DNA from: a virus
IMG/VR virus record: IMGVR_UViG_3300032285_001268
Coordinates: 96,001 to 160,000 of that record
Reading direction: 5' to 3' (one strand)
Length of the DNA: 64,000 nucleotides
The translations under genes and the position numbers were made by a program. Every line of letters starts with the position of its first letter. Position 1 is the first letter of the stretch. Below are positions 10,601 to 19,941 of this stretch, in pieces. The notes beneath the pieces were generated by a model. The model saw only the letters and a program-made list of their open reading frames with translations. It had not been told where the DNA came from and did not search any database.

Positions 10601-13589
10601 TGCTGATCTGTACAGAGGAGTCTAATGTTCCAAATCCCGGATCTAACGATACATACGCACCACCAGTTGGACGTTTTGTTCCGTTAGCGTTTGCTGTTGT
10701 TAGTACACCGCTTAGACCTTTTAAGGTCATATTTCTAATACCGCTACCGTTTCTCACAAAGAACATGTTGCTGATAGCATATCCGCCATAGACTGTTGTT
10801 GTGGTTGAATCGTTAGTTAGTGCAACTGGAACACCGTTTGGTGTTAGAGAAACACTGAATTGTGTTGATGTCAAAGTACTTCCGACAATATAATATGTTT
10901 GTCCCTGTATCAATCCACCAAGCGGTGTTGAGAATTGGACTGCGGTGCTAACGGTTCCACTGATTGAGGTATTCAATACTGTTTGTGCTAGTGTTACAGT
11001 ATAACTAACTCCGCTGGTAATCGCAGGAACTAGTAAGCCAGAATGCACATTGCTAACAGTATATACACCTGTACCACCGTTTGTTCCTGACACAAATCCA
11101 GTAATGTATGTTCCGGGTAACACATTAGTTCCAGATAATACTTGACCGATTGATACTGAGCCGCTTACTAGAGTGATAGAAGCTTGTGATCCAGTAATTG
11201 TGCCGGTGCCAGTAAATTGATTAATTTGCGAAATAGTATTACCGTTTGATACTCCTGAACCGCTAAGTACCATTCCTTTAGTAAAAGTACCTGTAATTGT
11301 GCCAGTAACTGAAAGAATATTACCGTTAATGCTTGCAGTTGTTGTCGAAGCATTGCTATAAGTCATGTTGGCTGTAGACAGAACTGTGATTAAATTCTTA
11401 GAAGCAGTAATTGTTGTTGACAATGCATTCTGACTAACACTAACTATCCAAGTTGATCCTGCTCCTGTGCCAGAAATATTTGAAACAATATATGTTCCAG
11501 TTGTTACGCCTGATCCTGACAGGTACATGCCAGCTTGTAGTGTACCGGCTGATACTGTGCCAACTGTTAGCGTTATACCACTGATTGATGAATTTAATAA
11601 AGTAGCCGTTGTTACAGTTGCGGCTGTTGCAGTAGTGCTTACAGATCCTGATGCTAGAGGTTGGATTGTAGTTCCGCGCAGTTCGTCACCAACTAATGCT
11701 ACACCGGCTGGCACGCTGATTGGTAGCACTTCGCTGTATAAACCTGTTTTAATAAAAATTGTTGCGGGTCCGACAATATTAGCACATGCATAGGCTACCG
11801 ATGCCCACGGATCCTGTAATGTTTGTCCGTAACCTGGTGCATCAACACCACCTGGTGCAACATAATACACTCCGCCGACTATGGCTCCAAAATTATCCCA
11901 ACCAGGAGTTGCCGCTGGAGTTACTTGTAATACGTTACTGACCGTGCCTATGCCTAGTCGTTGCGCGGCGCCGTTATTATACATTTGGAAGTCGCCAACG
12001 TATTCCATAACTTCAAACGGGCTACCTTGAGTATATGTAATCCAATAGGTGTTAGTTGTGTCTGCGGCAGGACTATTTGATGCAGATGATACGTGTCCTA
12101 AGATGCACTGATAGCTAGTACTAATATAGTTTATAGTATCGCCGACTACATATGATGTACCAGTGTTCCAAACATTTTGCCATCTGTTACCTGGAATTAC
12201 TAGTTGCCAAGCCGATGCTGATGTAATTGGTTCTTGTCCTAGATTGTCTGCAATCGCTGTATATAAATTTCCACCTTGGCGGACTGTGTCACCGATATAG
12301 TATTGAGTAGTCAAAGACCAATCGCCTCTAAGTCTATAGTTTTTGTTTAATAGTGTCCAGTTACTACCAGAATCTGTCGATGGTACGTTGTTAACGTTGC
12401 CGTTGATTGCGCTATAGTAGTTGTAACCACCGTAGGATACAATGTCACCGATTTGATATACAATGTTATTGATCCAGCCGTTGAGAAATTCCATACCGGC
12501 AATATAGACTGTGAATTTTGATATGTCAAATCCTGTACCTGCGACAGGTTGTGAATTTAAGTATTGTGTTGCTACAGATGTATGGCCTGCTGTACACAGC
12601 CATAAATCAGCTCCATATTTTACAAGGTCATTGGCCTTGTATCTGACGCCAGTAGTCCAGTTTGATTTTACATCAATACCTGTAATGACCACTTGCCAGT
12701 TTAAGATATCTGCTTCTAAACCGTTAGCTGCCGACGATTGACTCAAGTGACCTGTAGTGCAACGATAGACATTTCCACCGTAACGAACTATGTCGTTGAG
12801 TTTATAGCGATAGCTAGTTTGCCAATCTTTCTGCCATTTGTCTGTTAGAACAACAGTATCCCACTTGGATGAATCTAATTCGAGGCCAAGCTGACTTGTT
12901 CCGCTAATAGTACCGCTAGTTGTAAAACCAGATGTGCCATTAGAATATGACACAGAACTTGTTGATATGTTAGTAACAGTATATGTTCCGTTATAGCCTG
13001 CAGGAACCATGCCTGTAACTGTAATACTTGATCCAACTACATATGGTTGTACTGGCTGTACTGCAAATGACAAGGTTGCCACAGTACCAGAACCCGAAGC
13101 ACTAGTAACTGAAAGCGATGCTATACTTGGAGCACTAGTATGTGCAGTATTACAGCGATAAATGTTTCCGCCGTACTTGACTAGATCATTAAGTTTGTAT
13201 CGAGTACCGTTAGCCCAAGCGCCTAACCAATTGTCAGTAACTGCATAACTGGCCCATTTTGCTTGATCATTTTCTAGACCAAGTGCAGTTGTAGCTGCCG
13301 AAGTATGTTGTAGTGTACAAATATAAACGATGCTACCGTAAACAACGATACTACCTACATCATAAAATGTACTAGGAGTCCAAGCACCTTTAAAGCTGTA
13401 TCCGTCGAACCAAACAGTCCATATCCCGCTGGTTAGGTCTGTATAAAAACTTGTGCCGGCAGTATTACCGGTCAAGCAAACATATGATTTTCCGCCATAG
13501 CTGACAATGTCATCTTTAGTGTATAAAGTAGAAGCGGCCCAAGCACCCTTCCATGTATAGCGTATTCTACTGATTTTAAATTCGGCCAT
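7665..13589 (-). CDS. Giant tail-fibre/receptor-binding-like virion protein (1974 aa)
   Basis: N-terminal carbohydrate-binding-module-like repeats (W..YK.ND.VKYGG.Y.C...HTS), beta-helix entry motif YVAPGGVD...PWASVAYAC, propeller-like WxxVAYGNGxFVA repeats; Thr/Ser/Gly rich. Confidence 0.8.
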   Translation of the reverse strand: MAEFKISRIRYTWKGAWAASTLYTKDDIVSYGGKSYVCLTGNTAGTSFYTDLTSGIWTVWFDGYSFKGAWTPSTFYDVGSIVVYGSIVYICTLQHTSAATTALGLENDQAKWASYAVTDNWLGAWANGTRYKLNDLVKYGGNIYRCNTAHTSAPSIASLSVTSASGSGTVATLSFAVQPVQPYVVGSSITVTGMVPAGYNGTYTVTNISTSSVSYSNGTSGFTTSGTISGTSQLGLELDSSKWDTVVLTDKWQKDWQTSYRYKLNDIVRYGGNVYRCTTGHLSQSSAANGLEADILNWQVVITGIDVKSNWTTGVRYKANDLVKYGADLWLCTAGHTSVATQYLNSQPVAGTGFDISKFTVYIAGMEFLNGWINNIVYQIGDIVSYGGYNYYSAINGNVNNVPSTDSGSNWTLLNKNYRLRGDWSLTTQYYIGDTVRQGGNLYTAIADNLGQEPITSASAWQLVIPGNRWQNVWNTGTSYVVGDTINYISTSYQCILGHVSSASNSPAADTTNTYWITYTQGSPFEVMEYVGDFQMYNNGAAQRLGIGTVSNVLQVTPAATPGWDNFGAIVGGVYYVAPGGVDAPGYGQTLQDPWASVAYACANIVGPATIFIKTGLYSEVLPISVPAGVALVGDELRGTTIQPLASGSVSTTATAATVTTATLLNSSISGITLTVGTVSAGTLQAGMYLSGSGVTTGTYIVSNISGTGAGSTWIVSVSQNALSTTITASKNLITVLSTANMTYSNASTTTASINGNILSVTGTITGTFTKGMVLSGSGVSNGNTISQINQFTGTGTITGSQASITLVSGSVSIGQVLSGTNVLPGTYITGFVSGTNGGTGVYTVSNVHSGLLVPAITSGVSYTVTLAQTVLNTSISGTVSTAVQFSTPLGGLIQGQTYYIVGSTLTSTQFSVSLTPNGVPVALTNDSTTTTVYGGYAISNMFFVRNGSGIRNMTLKGLSGVLTTANANGTKRPTGGAYVSLDPGFGTLDSSVQISTRSPYIQNVTMFGIGCVGMKVDGTLHASGNKSIVANDFTCILSDGIGAWVTGTNALTELVSVFSYYGYSGYFAENGGKIRATNGNSSYGVYGVVSEGYDLSETPLSAVVNNQTKPAQVASVFAGQAQNKILKFEYSNAGQNYTSASYTVNGAGLGAATVADEFRDNAVFEVRVTGSTAAAGGYGYITAGNQAQAGNTTSITLASNDQNTSTNYTGLRLVIVSGTGVGQYGYIQSYNSGTKVATIYTESTNSPGWDHAIPGTTIASVLDSTTNYLIEPRVTFTSPGFTATATTITSGKWSAATYGNNKYVTVSTDGLVAYSADGTSWSLGVGMPTAVWTDVYFANNTFVAISNQNTGNYFTSSNSVTAYSTDGINWNLGANTGSTNNFNSLTYGNGTFAAVSTGTSTVIVGDGTSTMTAYSLPSSTTWSAIAYGSGPGYFVAIAGGGSASTAAAYSTNGQTWTASTLPSSSQWIDMAYGNGRYVAIATNSTAAAYSLDGITWTASTLPANTTWSAVAYGQGLFFAVASGSAIAATSQDGVNWTIRTMSASSLWSDIQFGNSSAAGSATPLWIAVAGSASTATTVGSNIVTGATALGRVVITSSKIALIKLWEPGSGYASAPSVTIYDPNPSLNGGTVASFVVRTGKGVLGNPSWTNRGSGYQTTTTTVVVSGNGFADIYQSGSTLIVGGIGSSPGLGSALTISGNSTTYKVVSATSLGNSNYTLGIAPDIDNSVASIHNTSVSIRQKYSQCRLTGHDFLLIGTGNQATTNYPNTDITTAVGYQQIVENNLGRVFQTSTDQDGNFKVGNLFAVQQATGIVTVSASLFNLSGLSTLSLGGVSLGTNQIVINQFSTDSYFTANSDSVVPTQRAIKTYVARNVSGGGSNAQTGTLIAGTVAVGPFKIYSTVAGTIKIANKMSFQGKGNNVPSGVDGNMLAMAFFAHGFKSAPSSASSGGFAEQAITNSQTARNGSNIYNNRTT

Positions 13590-13612
13590 TTAGTATTCTC
13601 GATAATTTCTAA

Positions 13613-13620
13613 TATTTATA
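13613..13620 (-). promoter_or_regulatory. T4-type late promoter TATAAATA
   Basis: Perfect TATAAATA 24 nt upstream of ATG 13589, overlapping the TAA stop of the upstream gene. Confidence 0.75.
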
Positions 13621-13978
13621 TACCGCTTGGGTAGCTATATTGTGACCCTGTACGGGCAACTAATTCTCCGTTAGCGTCGATATAATAGTATGTACTCTTG
13701 TCGCTCCAGCGATATTGTTCGTAATTTAAATTTGGATATTGCAAATTATGATTGATGTCTCGACCTTCAAAAAAATCAACACCTTCCTGGAAGTCTTGAT
13801 AATCGTCAGCTGAAGCACCTGGATTATTAATAGTTACCGAATCTGATCTGCTCAGTTGATCAATACGAACAAAGTATACTTCACCTGTAGTATCATCTCT
13901 ACGCAAGCCATACATATACCTCGGCATGCCGCCAAGTAATTCGTCCTGTGATCTACCAAATCTATAGTTATCTGACAT
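13616..13978 (-). CDS. Hypothetical virion-cluster protein (120 aa)
   Basis: ORF in tight operon, AGGAG RBS upstream. Confidence 0.75.
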   Translation of the reverse strand: MSDNYRFGRSQDELLGGMPRYMYGLRRDDTTGEVYFVRIDQLSRSDSVTINNPGASADDYQDFQEGVDFFEGRDINHNLQYPNLNYEQYRWSDKSTYYYIDANGELVARTGSQYSYPSGI

Positions 13979-13988
13979 TATTTGCTCC

Positions 13989-14318
13989 TTAGACTATCTC
14001 AGCGTAGCTCATTGTTACATCGACACTGTTTGCGGTATCGCTAACAATACCAAGTGTAGCATTGCCTTGAATAATCAATTTCTCTCCATTATTAATAAGT
14101 TTGGCACTAGTGTATGGAGGAATTACTAAGCCGTTAATGTAATTTGCAGTAGTAGGAGTTGTATCTGTAACTGTAACTGTAATGATTACATCGTAATCTG
14201 TTTTGTTTGAAATATTACACCCAATAAGTGTATACACGCTGGTCAACGGAGGAGCCAATAATGTTACTGGACTTGTTCCTATGTTTGTAACCGCTGTTGT
14301 TCTAAAATATGTTGCCAT
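13989..14318 (-). CDS. Small beta-rich virion protein (109 aa), paralog of 17532..17864
   Basis: Shared pattern with the 110-aa protein (IGT...LxxCNI...IPxxxS...EKLIxxxxxTL...S). Confidence 0.75.
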   Translation of the reverse strand: MATYFRTTAVTNIGTSPVTLLAPPLTSVYTLIGCNISNKTDYDVIITVTVTDTTPTTANYINGLVIPPYTSAKLINNGEKLIIQGNATLGIVSDTANSVDVTMSYAEIV

Positions 14319-14324
14319 TTAAAA

Positions 14325-15377
14325 TTATCCGCCAAATATTAATGCTTGTAAAATAGAAATGTCAGTTGCGGCTGCGGCTGTAACACCTGCGGCACTACCT
14401 GCGGCACTAGTCCAGCCACTACCGTCAAAAATTTCTACAAGGATTTGTTGTGTATTAAAACGTAACATTCCTAATTCTGCTGTAAGCGGGCGATCAGTAG
14501 TTGTTCCGTTAGGAATAACAACACCGTAAGTACCAGCCATCTTAACGTAACCTGTGGCATCTTCAACAAATGTCGATACGCCGCCGCTTGCAATATTAGT
14601 AATTGTATTGTTGCTGAATCTAAAATTACCTAACACGATTCCGCCAGATCCTGATGTAGTTAAATTTATATCAGTATTTGGTGATAGTGCGCTAATTGTA
14701 TTATTTGTTATGTCAATTGAACTAGTTCTAACATCGCTTGCAATTAAATTAGTAATTGTAATATTTGTGATGTTAGCTGTGTTAACATAAATGTTGTTCC
14801 ATTGTAGTAGACTAGAACCTAAATTATATGTATTAGATGCTGAAGGAACAATGTCGCTGTTTACTTCACCAGTAAAAGCAACAGTATCTGTAGTTGCATT
14901 ACCTAGGGTGATATTTCCATCAGCTGTGATAGTACCAGTGGCATGTAGGTCACCGTTGACTAGTGTGTTAGAATTAATTCTAACTATTCCAGTTCCACTA
15001 GCTGTAACATTAATATTGGTATTAGTACCCAACGCACTAATAGTACTACCACTTAATTGTAAATTTCCAGCTTGCAACGTTCCAGAGTAAACACTTGCAT
15101 TTGTGCCCTGGGCTGTGATGTTAATAGTATTTGAAGTACTGCTGATAGTATTACCACTAAATGTGATAGTACCAAGTGTTGTTGAGTTGTTTACGTATAA
15201 GTTTGTTGAGCGTGTTGTACCTACTACATCTAAGTCGTATGCTGGCGCTGTTGTGTTAACACCAATGCGGCTGTTCACAACATCCAAATAGAGTAAGTTC
15301 GTCTCGAAGGCTAAATTATTTCCGTTACGGAGTAAATTATCCTTTAAGAGCGGACCCGAAATACGACCAACAGCCAT
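14325..15377 (-). CDS. Virion structural protein (350 aa), paralog of 15535..16728
   Basis: N-terminal GRISGPLL.DNL.RNG..LAF.T.LLYL, central LHATG.IT.DG, C-terminal P.GTT..RP...G..R.NT; GGAG RBS. Confidence 0.8.
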   Translation of the reverse strand: MAVGRISGPLLKDNLLRNGNNLAFETNLLYLDVVNSRIGVNTTAPAYDLDVVGTTRSTNLYVNNSTTLGTITFSGNTISSTSNTINITAQGTNASVYSGTLQAGNLQLSGSTISALGTNTNINVTASGTGIVRINSNTLVNGDLHATGTITADGNITLGNATTDTVAFTGEVNSDIVPSASNTYNLGSSLLQWNNIYVNTANITNITITNLIASDVRTSSIDITNNTISALSPNTDINLTTSGSGGIVLGNFRFSNNTITNIASGGVSTFVEDATGYVKMAGTYGVVIPNGTTTDRPLTAELGMLRFNTQQILVEIFDGSGWTSAAGSAAGVTAAAATDISILQALIFGG

Positions 15378-15379
15378 TA

Positions 15380-15514
15380 TGCTCTCCTTATACCCCGTGT
15401 TTCACGGTTAACCATGTTTGGGTTCATTACCCGCATCTCCATTGCGCACGGAGCTCTTTGTCGGTTTACCACAGTCGAATATCGCAAAATCTTGGTCTGA
15501 TCTTGCAGTACAAG
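15380..15514 (-). promoter_or_regulatory. Candidate structured 5' leader RNA of the 350-aa gene
   Basis: Starts just after TAAATA (15515-15520); hairpins CTTG/CAAG, CTCCG/TGGAG, GGGT/ACCC, CCGTG/CACGG; GGTAAACC and GGTTAACC can pair to enclose the inner hairpins. Confidence 0.5.
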
Positions 15515-15520
15515 TATTTA
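15515..15520 (-). promoter_or_regulatory. T4-type late promoter core (TAAATA)
   Basis: TAAATA in the intergenic gap, upstream of the structured leader. Confidence 0.6.
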
Positions 15521-15534
15521 GCAGTTTTTGGTTT

Positions 15535-16728
15535 TTAGGCTAAGATAAGGGCCCAAGCATCGGCAGTATCGTAAACTGCTTCTTGACTTAGGATTGGAGA
15601 TGTTCCTGTAATACCAACCCATGTGTTAACCGGATCGCTGTAAACTTCGACTGCCCTATTGTCAGTGTTCCATCTGAAAGTACCAACTTCAGGATTCGGA
15701 GGGCGTTGAGTTGTTGTTCCAGCGGCCACTACCCACGCCTTGGAACCTGCGATCTTCCAATAGCCAGTTCCAGTGCTTGCTAGAGTCAACGGTGTTCCTG
15801 GAGTTGTAGTAAGTGTACTGTCTTTAATTGTTATTCCAGAATTTGGCATGTTGATTTTGCCTGTTCCTGATACTGAAAAAACTACGTTGTTTGAACTGTT
15901 TACGTTGCTGATCGTATCGTTGTTGAAATAAACATTGCCAGCTTGCATGGTGCTCAGTGCAAGTTGGCTTACATTCATAGTACCGGTGAGTCCCCCACCT
16001 ATTAGATTATTAGCATATAAATTTTTCCACTGTAGAGAACCAGACCCTAAGTTGTAAGCTGTTATTCCAGATTCATCATATACTGCTAGTCCATCTTCAG
16101 TGATCCATTGATCTCCAGTAACTTCTAATCCTACAAAATCAGTTGGAGCAGGCACAATGTCACTGTTAACTTCAGCAAGGATTGTGATCAAATCTGAAGG
16201 ATCATTGCCCAGTTGCAGATCACCGTCAAAGGTAATATTTCCAGTTGCATGCAAACTACCGTTAATTAGCACACTATTATTAATGACGGTACTACCGGTT
16301 CCTGATGGATTAAAATTTATATCGCTGTTTGTGCCGTTGCCTCTAATCGCATTAGAAGTTAATAATAAATCGCTGGTGCTAACACCTGATGTAACTATTA
16401 AAGGATTTGTCGATTGATTAGGCTGTATTGTTAGCCCTGTGATAATATTATTAATTGTACTACCGGAAATTTCAAAATTTGCTAGATCGCTAGTACCAGT
16501 ACCAATTAAATTTATAGTGTTAATATTACCAGTGGTTGTTCCGCCTTGATTAGTAAAGGTTCCAACATGCAGGGCAGCCACAGGTGTATTGTTGTTAATA
16601 CCAATGTTGGTATTTCCGCTGTTTACGTTTAGATAGAGTAGGCTAGTGTCAAACGCAAGGTCAACACCGTTGCGTTTTAGATTATCTGCTAGTAACGGGC
16701 CGCTGATTCTACCAAATTGATTGGCCAT
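15535..16728 (-). CDS. Virion structural protein (397 aa)
   Basis: Same motifs as the 350-aa paralog; AGGAG RBS. Confidence 0.8.
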   Translation of the reverse strand: MANQFGRISGPLLADNLKRNGVDLAFDTSLLYLNVNSGNTNIGINNNTPVAALHVGTFTNQGGTTTGNINTINLIGTGTSDLANFEISGSTINNIITGLTIQPNQSTNPLIVTSGVSTSDLLLTSNAIRGNGTNSDINFNPSGTGSTVINNSVLINGSLHATGNITFDGDLQLGNDPSDLITILAEVNSDIVPAPTDFVGLEVTGDQWITEDGLAVYDESGITAYNLGSGSLQWKNLYANNLIGGGLTGTMNVSQLALSTMQAGNVYFNNDTISNVNSSNNVVFSVSGTGKINMPNSGITIKDSTLTTTPGTPLTLASTGTGYWKIAGSKAWVVAAGTTTQRPPNPEVGTFRWNTDNRAVEVYSDPVNTWVGITGTSPILSQEAVYDTADAWALILA

Positions 16729-16740
16729 ATTCGCTCCTGA

Positions 16741-17532
16741 TTAGGAATCAAATCCAGATAATACTATTACTGGTTTTCCGTAGGGTATTGCTGAACTGAA
16801 ATTTAAGTAACTGCCTGTGGCTGTGGCTGTTGGAACAACGATGTTTATAAACGTTCCAGTCGGAATACTGCCAGTTACTGTTGGCTTATTAATAGTGATA
16901 GTATCCAACTGCCCAGATGCATTGGTTGTATAGCTAGACACTGTGGTTGCGCTTTGTATTCTGTTAGAATATGTACCAGTGATAGTCACTGCGGATCCTA
17001 CTAGATTCAAAGAAGGATAAATGATATCCGCTGATGTGTCTAAATTAATAGTTGTTGCACCAATGCTAGTTGATCCTGTAGTTTGCGGTTGATATGTCTC
17101 GCCTGGAATACTTGGATTAGGAACTACTGTATAGTTAGTGTTGAAAATTTGTATAACGTTTTCTACTAGCACAATAAGATTCGCGCCAGTCCACGAATAT
17201 CCGCTTTGAGATACTAGTGGAGGTGCAGGATTTAATGGACCAAAATATGTAGCACTGGCATCACCGTAGCCCACAGTTTGTAGGATAATTGCTCCGGACT
17301 CTCGATATCGTAATGCCCTCCAAGAGTATCCTTGATAAACTTCAACATCGCCTGTGTCTTTGTTGTAACGCATCATACCATTGTCAGGAACAGCTGGTCT
17401 TTCGCTAGTTGCGCCAGCAGGTAACTTCATGGTATTTGTACTACCCATGACTACTGCGTTTGTAGTATCTACATACAACGCATTATCGTATACTGCTCTG
17501 CGATTTAGAGTTTGTCTGCGTAAAAATCTCAT
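16741..17532 (-). CDS. Virion structural protein (263 aa)
   Basis: Contains LPAGATSERP...GMMRYNKD module shared with the neighbours; overlaps upstream stop (TAATG). Confidence 0.75.
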   Translation of the reverse strand: MRFLRRQTLNRRAVYDNALYVDTTNAVVMGSTNTMKLPAGATSERPAVPDNGMMRYNKDTGDVEVYQGYSWRALRYRESGAIILQTVGYGDASATYFGPLNPAPPLVSQSGYSWTGANLIVLVENVIQIFNTNYTVVPNPSIPGETYQPQTTGSTSIGATTINLDTSADIIYPSLNLVGSAVTITGTYSNRIQSATTVSSYTTNASGQLDTITINKPTVTGSIPTGTFINIVVPTATATGSYLNFSSAIPYGKPVIVLSGFDS

Positions 17533-17864
17533 TATACCGCCAATGTACTAATTGTTACTACTAGTCTGCTAGCTGTGTCGCTAACTGCTACCAGTGTATC
17601 TCCATTACCTAATACTAATTTTTCTTGATCAAAACTTAATGTTTCACCTGCTGTGATAGGAATGGCCTTGGCTATTAAATTATTATTTGATAGTGTTGCG
17701 CCATTTGGTACAGCATACAAAGTAAGTGTCGCTATATTTGCATTAGGATTTGATGCGTCAAATGCAACAATATTGCAAAAAATCATGCAGGTAATAGCAT
17801 TGTTGCCAGTGCTAGAATATATTGTTGTGTTAGATGTTCCAATTGCTGCCGATGTTAATGCCAT
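17532..17864 (-). CDS. Small beta-rich virion protein (110 aa)
   Basis: Paralog of 13989..14318; AAGGA RBS. Confidence 0.75.
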   Translation of the reverse strand: MALTSAAIGTSNTTIYSSTGNNAITCMIFCNIVAFDASNPNANIATLTLYAVPNGATLSNNNLIAKAIPITAGETLSFDQEKLVLGNGDTLVAVSDTASRLVVTISTLAV

Positions 17865-17873
17865 AGTTGTTCC

Positions 17874-18860
17874 TTACAATAAAATTCCCAATAGTACCGC
17901 TCTATTCTTACTTACCAATTCGTCTTGTACTGAAGACCTAACTAGATAAAGTCCAGTATTTCCTGGGCCAACTGTAGCACTTGAATATACTTTTGATTTA
18001 CCAGAAACAACTCCACCTTGATTTGTTATAACCGTCGGTGTTTGATCATCGAGATTTAATATAGCATTAACTTCTACGTTTGAATTAATTGCCGTTAATA
18101 TTAAATTGTTGCCAAGGCTTGTGTTTCCAATGGTGTTTTGATACTGATTGATATTACCAACTGTTACTCCGCCTGCTGTTACAGAAGCTACTAGAGTTTG
18201 TGCTACTGAAAAGTTAATACTTGAACCAAAACTTTGAATACTAGTATTAGCTGTGTTAATTGCACCACTAGTTGGGAAATAGATACGGTCTACAGTAGCA
18301 ACTCCGTTATTGGCCGCTACATAGTTTGTTAGATATTTTCTATTAATCAAGTGGTTGTCTTGACTGACGTATTGCTCATAGTTTGGACTGTTAGCAACTA
18401 ACAATGCATGGTTACTGCCTTGCATGTCAAATACGAAGTCTGTTGCGCCGCTGTTTGCAAGAGATCCTACTTGTAAAGCACCGTAGGATCCTGCAGAATC
18501 TTTCATAACCCAAGTTCCAGAAACATAAGTTCCTGTTGTTGGATTATAGTGTGTTACCGAGTCATTAAAATAAAATTGTGCATCTGGATAATTGCCGCGT
18601 TTAATTGCAATACCAGAAACATAACCAAGAGTAGAACTAATTCCGTTGCCAGTTTGGCCTACGTTCAAATATAGAATATTATCACTAATATTAATGTTAC
18701 TAGACTCAACAGTGGTTGTTTTGCCCTTAACATCTAAGTTTCCATATACTATAATATTACCAGTAGTATCGGGATTAGTTCCAGCATCCAACGTGATATT
18801 ACCACCAGTTTGTACCTGGATTCTATAATCGCCTTGGCTTACTTTTAAAATCTTTGACAT
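17874..18860 (-). CDS. Virion structural protein (328 aa)
   Basis: G.L.V.G.TTTVES....I.DNI..LN motif typical of phage fibre/neck proteins; AAGGA RBS. Confidence 0.7.
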   Translation of the reverse strand: MSKILKVSQGDYRIQVQTGGNITLDAGTNPDTTGNIIVYGNLDVKGKTTTVESSNINISDNILYLNVGQTGNGISSTLGYVSGIAIKRGNYPDAQFYFNDSVTHYNPTTGTYVSGTWVMKDSAGSYGALQVGSLANSGATDFVFDMQGSNHALLVANSPNYEQYVSQDNHLINRKYLTNYVAANNGVATVDRIYFPTSGAINTANTSIQSFGSSINFSVAQTLVASVTAGGVTVGNINQYQNTIGNTSLGNNLILTAINSNVEVNAILNLDDQTPTVITNQGGVVSGKSKVYSSATVGPGNTGLYLVRSSVQDELVSKNRAVLLGILL

Positions 18861-18872
18861 GTATTATCCTTA

Positions 18873-18895
18873 ATAAGGGGGGTTGCCCTCCCTAT
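18873..18895 (-). terminator. Hairpin (GGGAGG-GCAA-CCCCCC) after the 346-aa gene, possible weak terminator
   Basis: GNRA-capped stem with one mismatch right after the stop; no strong U-tract. Confidence 0.4.
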
Positions 18896-18900
18896 ATTAA

Positions 18901-19941
18901 TTAAGCGTTTTCGATTTGTACGCTGTAACCGTTAACAGCTGAACCAAATGTCCAAGGAATTTGTTTACCTGCTGTGAACTGTGAACCGGCACTTGAACTC
19001 AAACGTGTAATTGCTTTTGGATTTAGTGTACATGTGTGAGCAGTTAGCTTACGTACTAGATATGTACCACCTGCGCTATCTTTAGCAACGATGTTCATTT
19101 CAACACCTTCAACTGCTGTATAACCAAGTGTACCGTCTGCTTCAGCGTCATAACGAATACGTGCAATACGTGTACCTACACGCTCGTATAGTGCGCTAGT
19201 ATCGCCTGTTTTGTTCACACGATAACGTTTAGATGAAATTTGCTTTTGAATATCAACTTCAACTAGTGAACCACCGATGTATGCGTAGGCAATGATAGCA
19301 TTTTCTTCGTATGTTGCAGAACCAACTGCACCAGTATCTGTTGCCATTGTTACAACGTTCAACGATGGAGCTGTTTGAGTTGTAAATGTATGTCCACCCC
19401 ATGATAGTGTTGGAGCTGTAACATAACCTGAACCTGAGTTAGTAACATCAATACGCTTAACACGGAATGTTACTGTAATTTGTACGTCTGTACCAGTTGG
19501 AGTTTGTCTTGCGTTGAATGTTGTAATACCAGAACCAGTAAAATCACCGCGACGGAATTCGCCACGATTGCCACCTGTTAGGTTAACCGATGTAACTGCA
19601 CCACCACCGTTAACTACAAAGTTAACAACTGCACCACCACCTAGGCCAACAATACTTGTTGAAAGACCTGCTGTGTAACCAGTAGCACCACCCGAAGCGT
19701 ATGTAACTGTTTCAATTTCAAATACTGGTGATAAAACTGCTGTTGTACCGTTAGCAATAGTTGGAGCCGATGCTGTTAGTGTTGGAAAGTTTTGATATGT
19801 GTTGTTAACAACAAAGCTACCAACACCGCCAGCCGGTTGGCTAACACTTCCTACGCCTTGACCACCGATGCCATCATCAGTTGGGCGATTGGTACCGATA
19901 TTGCGGTTACCAAAATATTTTTTATTTAAGGGACGTCCCAT
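18901..19941 (-). CDS. Probable abundant virion structural protein (346 aa, MGRPLNKKYFG...)
   Basis: Strong AAAGGAG RBS, own TAAATA box, biased codon usage, Gly/Thr-rich. Confidence 0.75.
   Translation of the reverse strand: MGRPLNKKYFGNRNIGTNRPTDDGIGGQGVGSVSQPAGGVGSFVVNNTYQNFPTLTASAPTIANGTTAVLSPVFEIETVTYASGGATGYTAGLSTSIVGLGGGAVVNFVVNGGGAVTSVNLTGGNRGEFRRGDFTGSGITTFNARQTPTGTDVQITVTFRVKRIDVTNSGSGYVTAPTLSWGGHTFTTQTAPSLNVVTMATDTGAVGSATYEENAIIAYAYIGGSLVEVDIQKQISSKRYRVNKTGDTSALYERVGTRIARIRYDAEADGTLGYTAVEGVEMNIVAKDSAGGTYLVRKLTAHTCTLNPKAITRLSSSAGSQFTAGKQIPWTFGSAVNGYSVQIENA

Noticed and set aside
647-12741. Many plus-strand ORFs (e.g. 647..946, 1037..1576, 11467..11793) opposite the giant fibres
   Set aside because: Antisense shadows from Thr/Gly/Ser/Val codon bias; no RBS or promoter, no recognisable motifs
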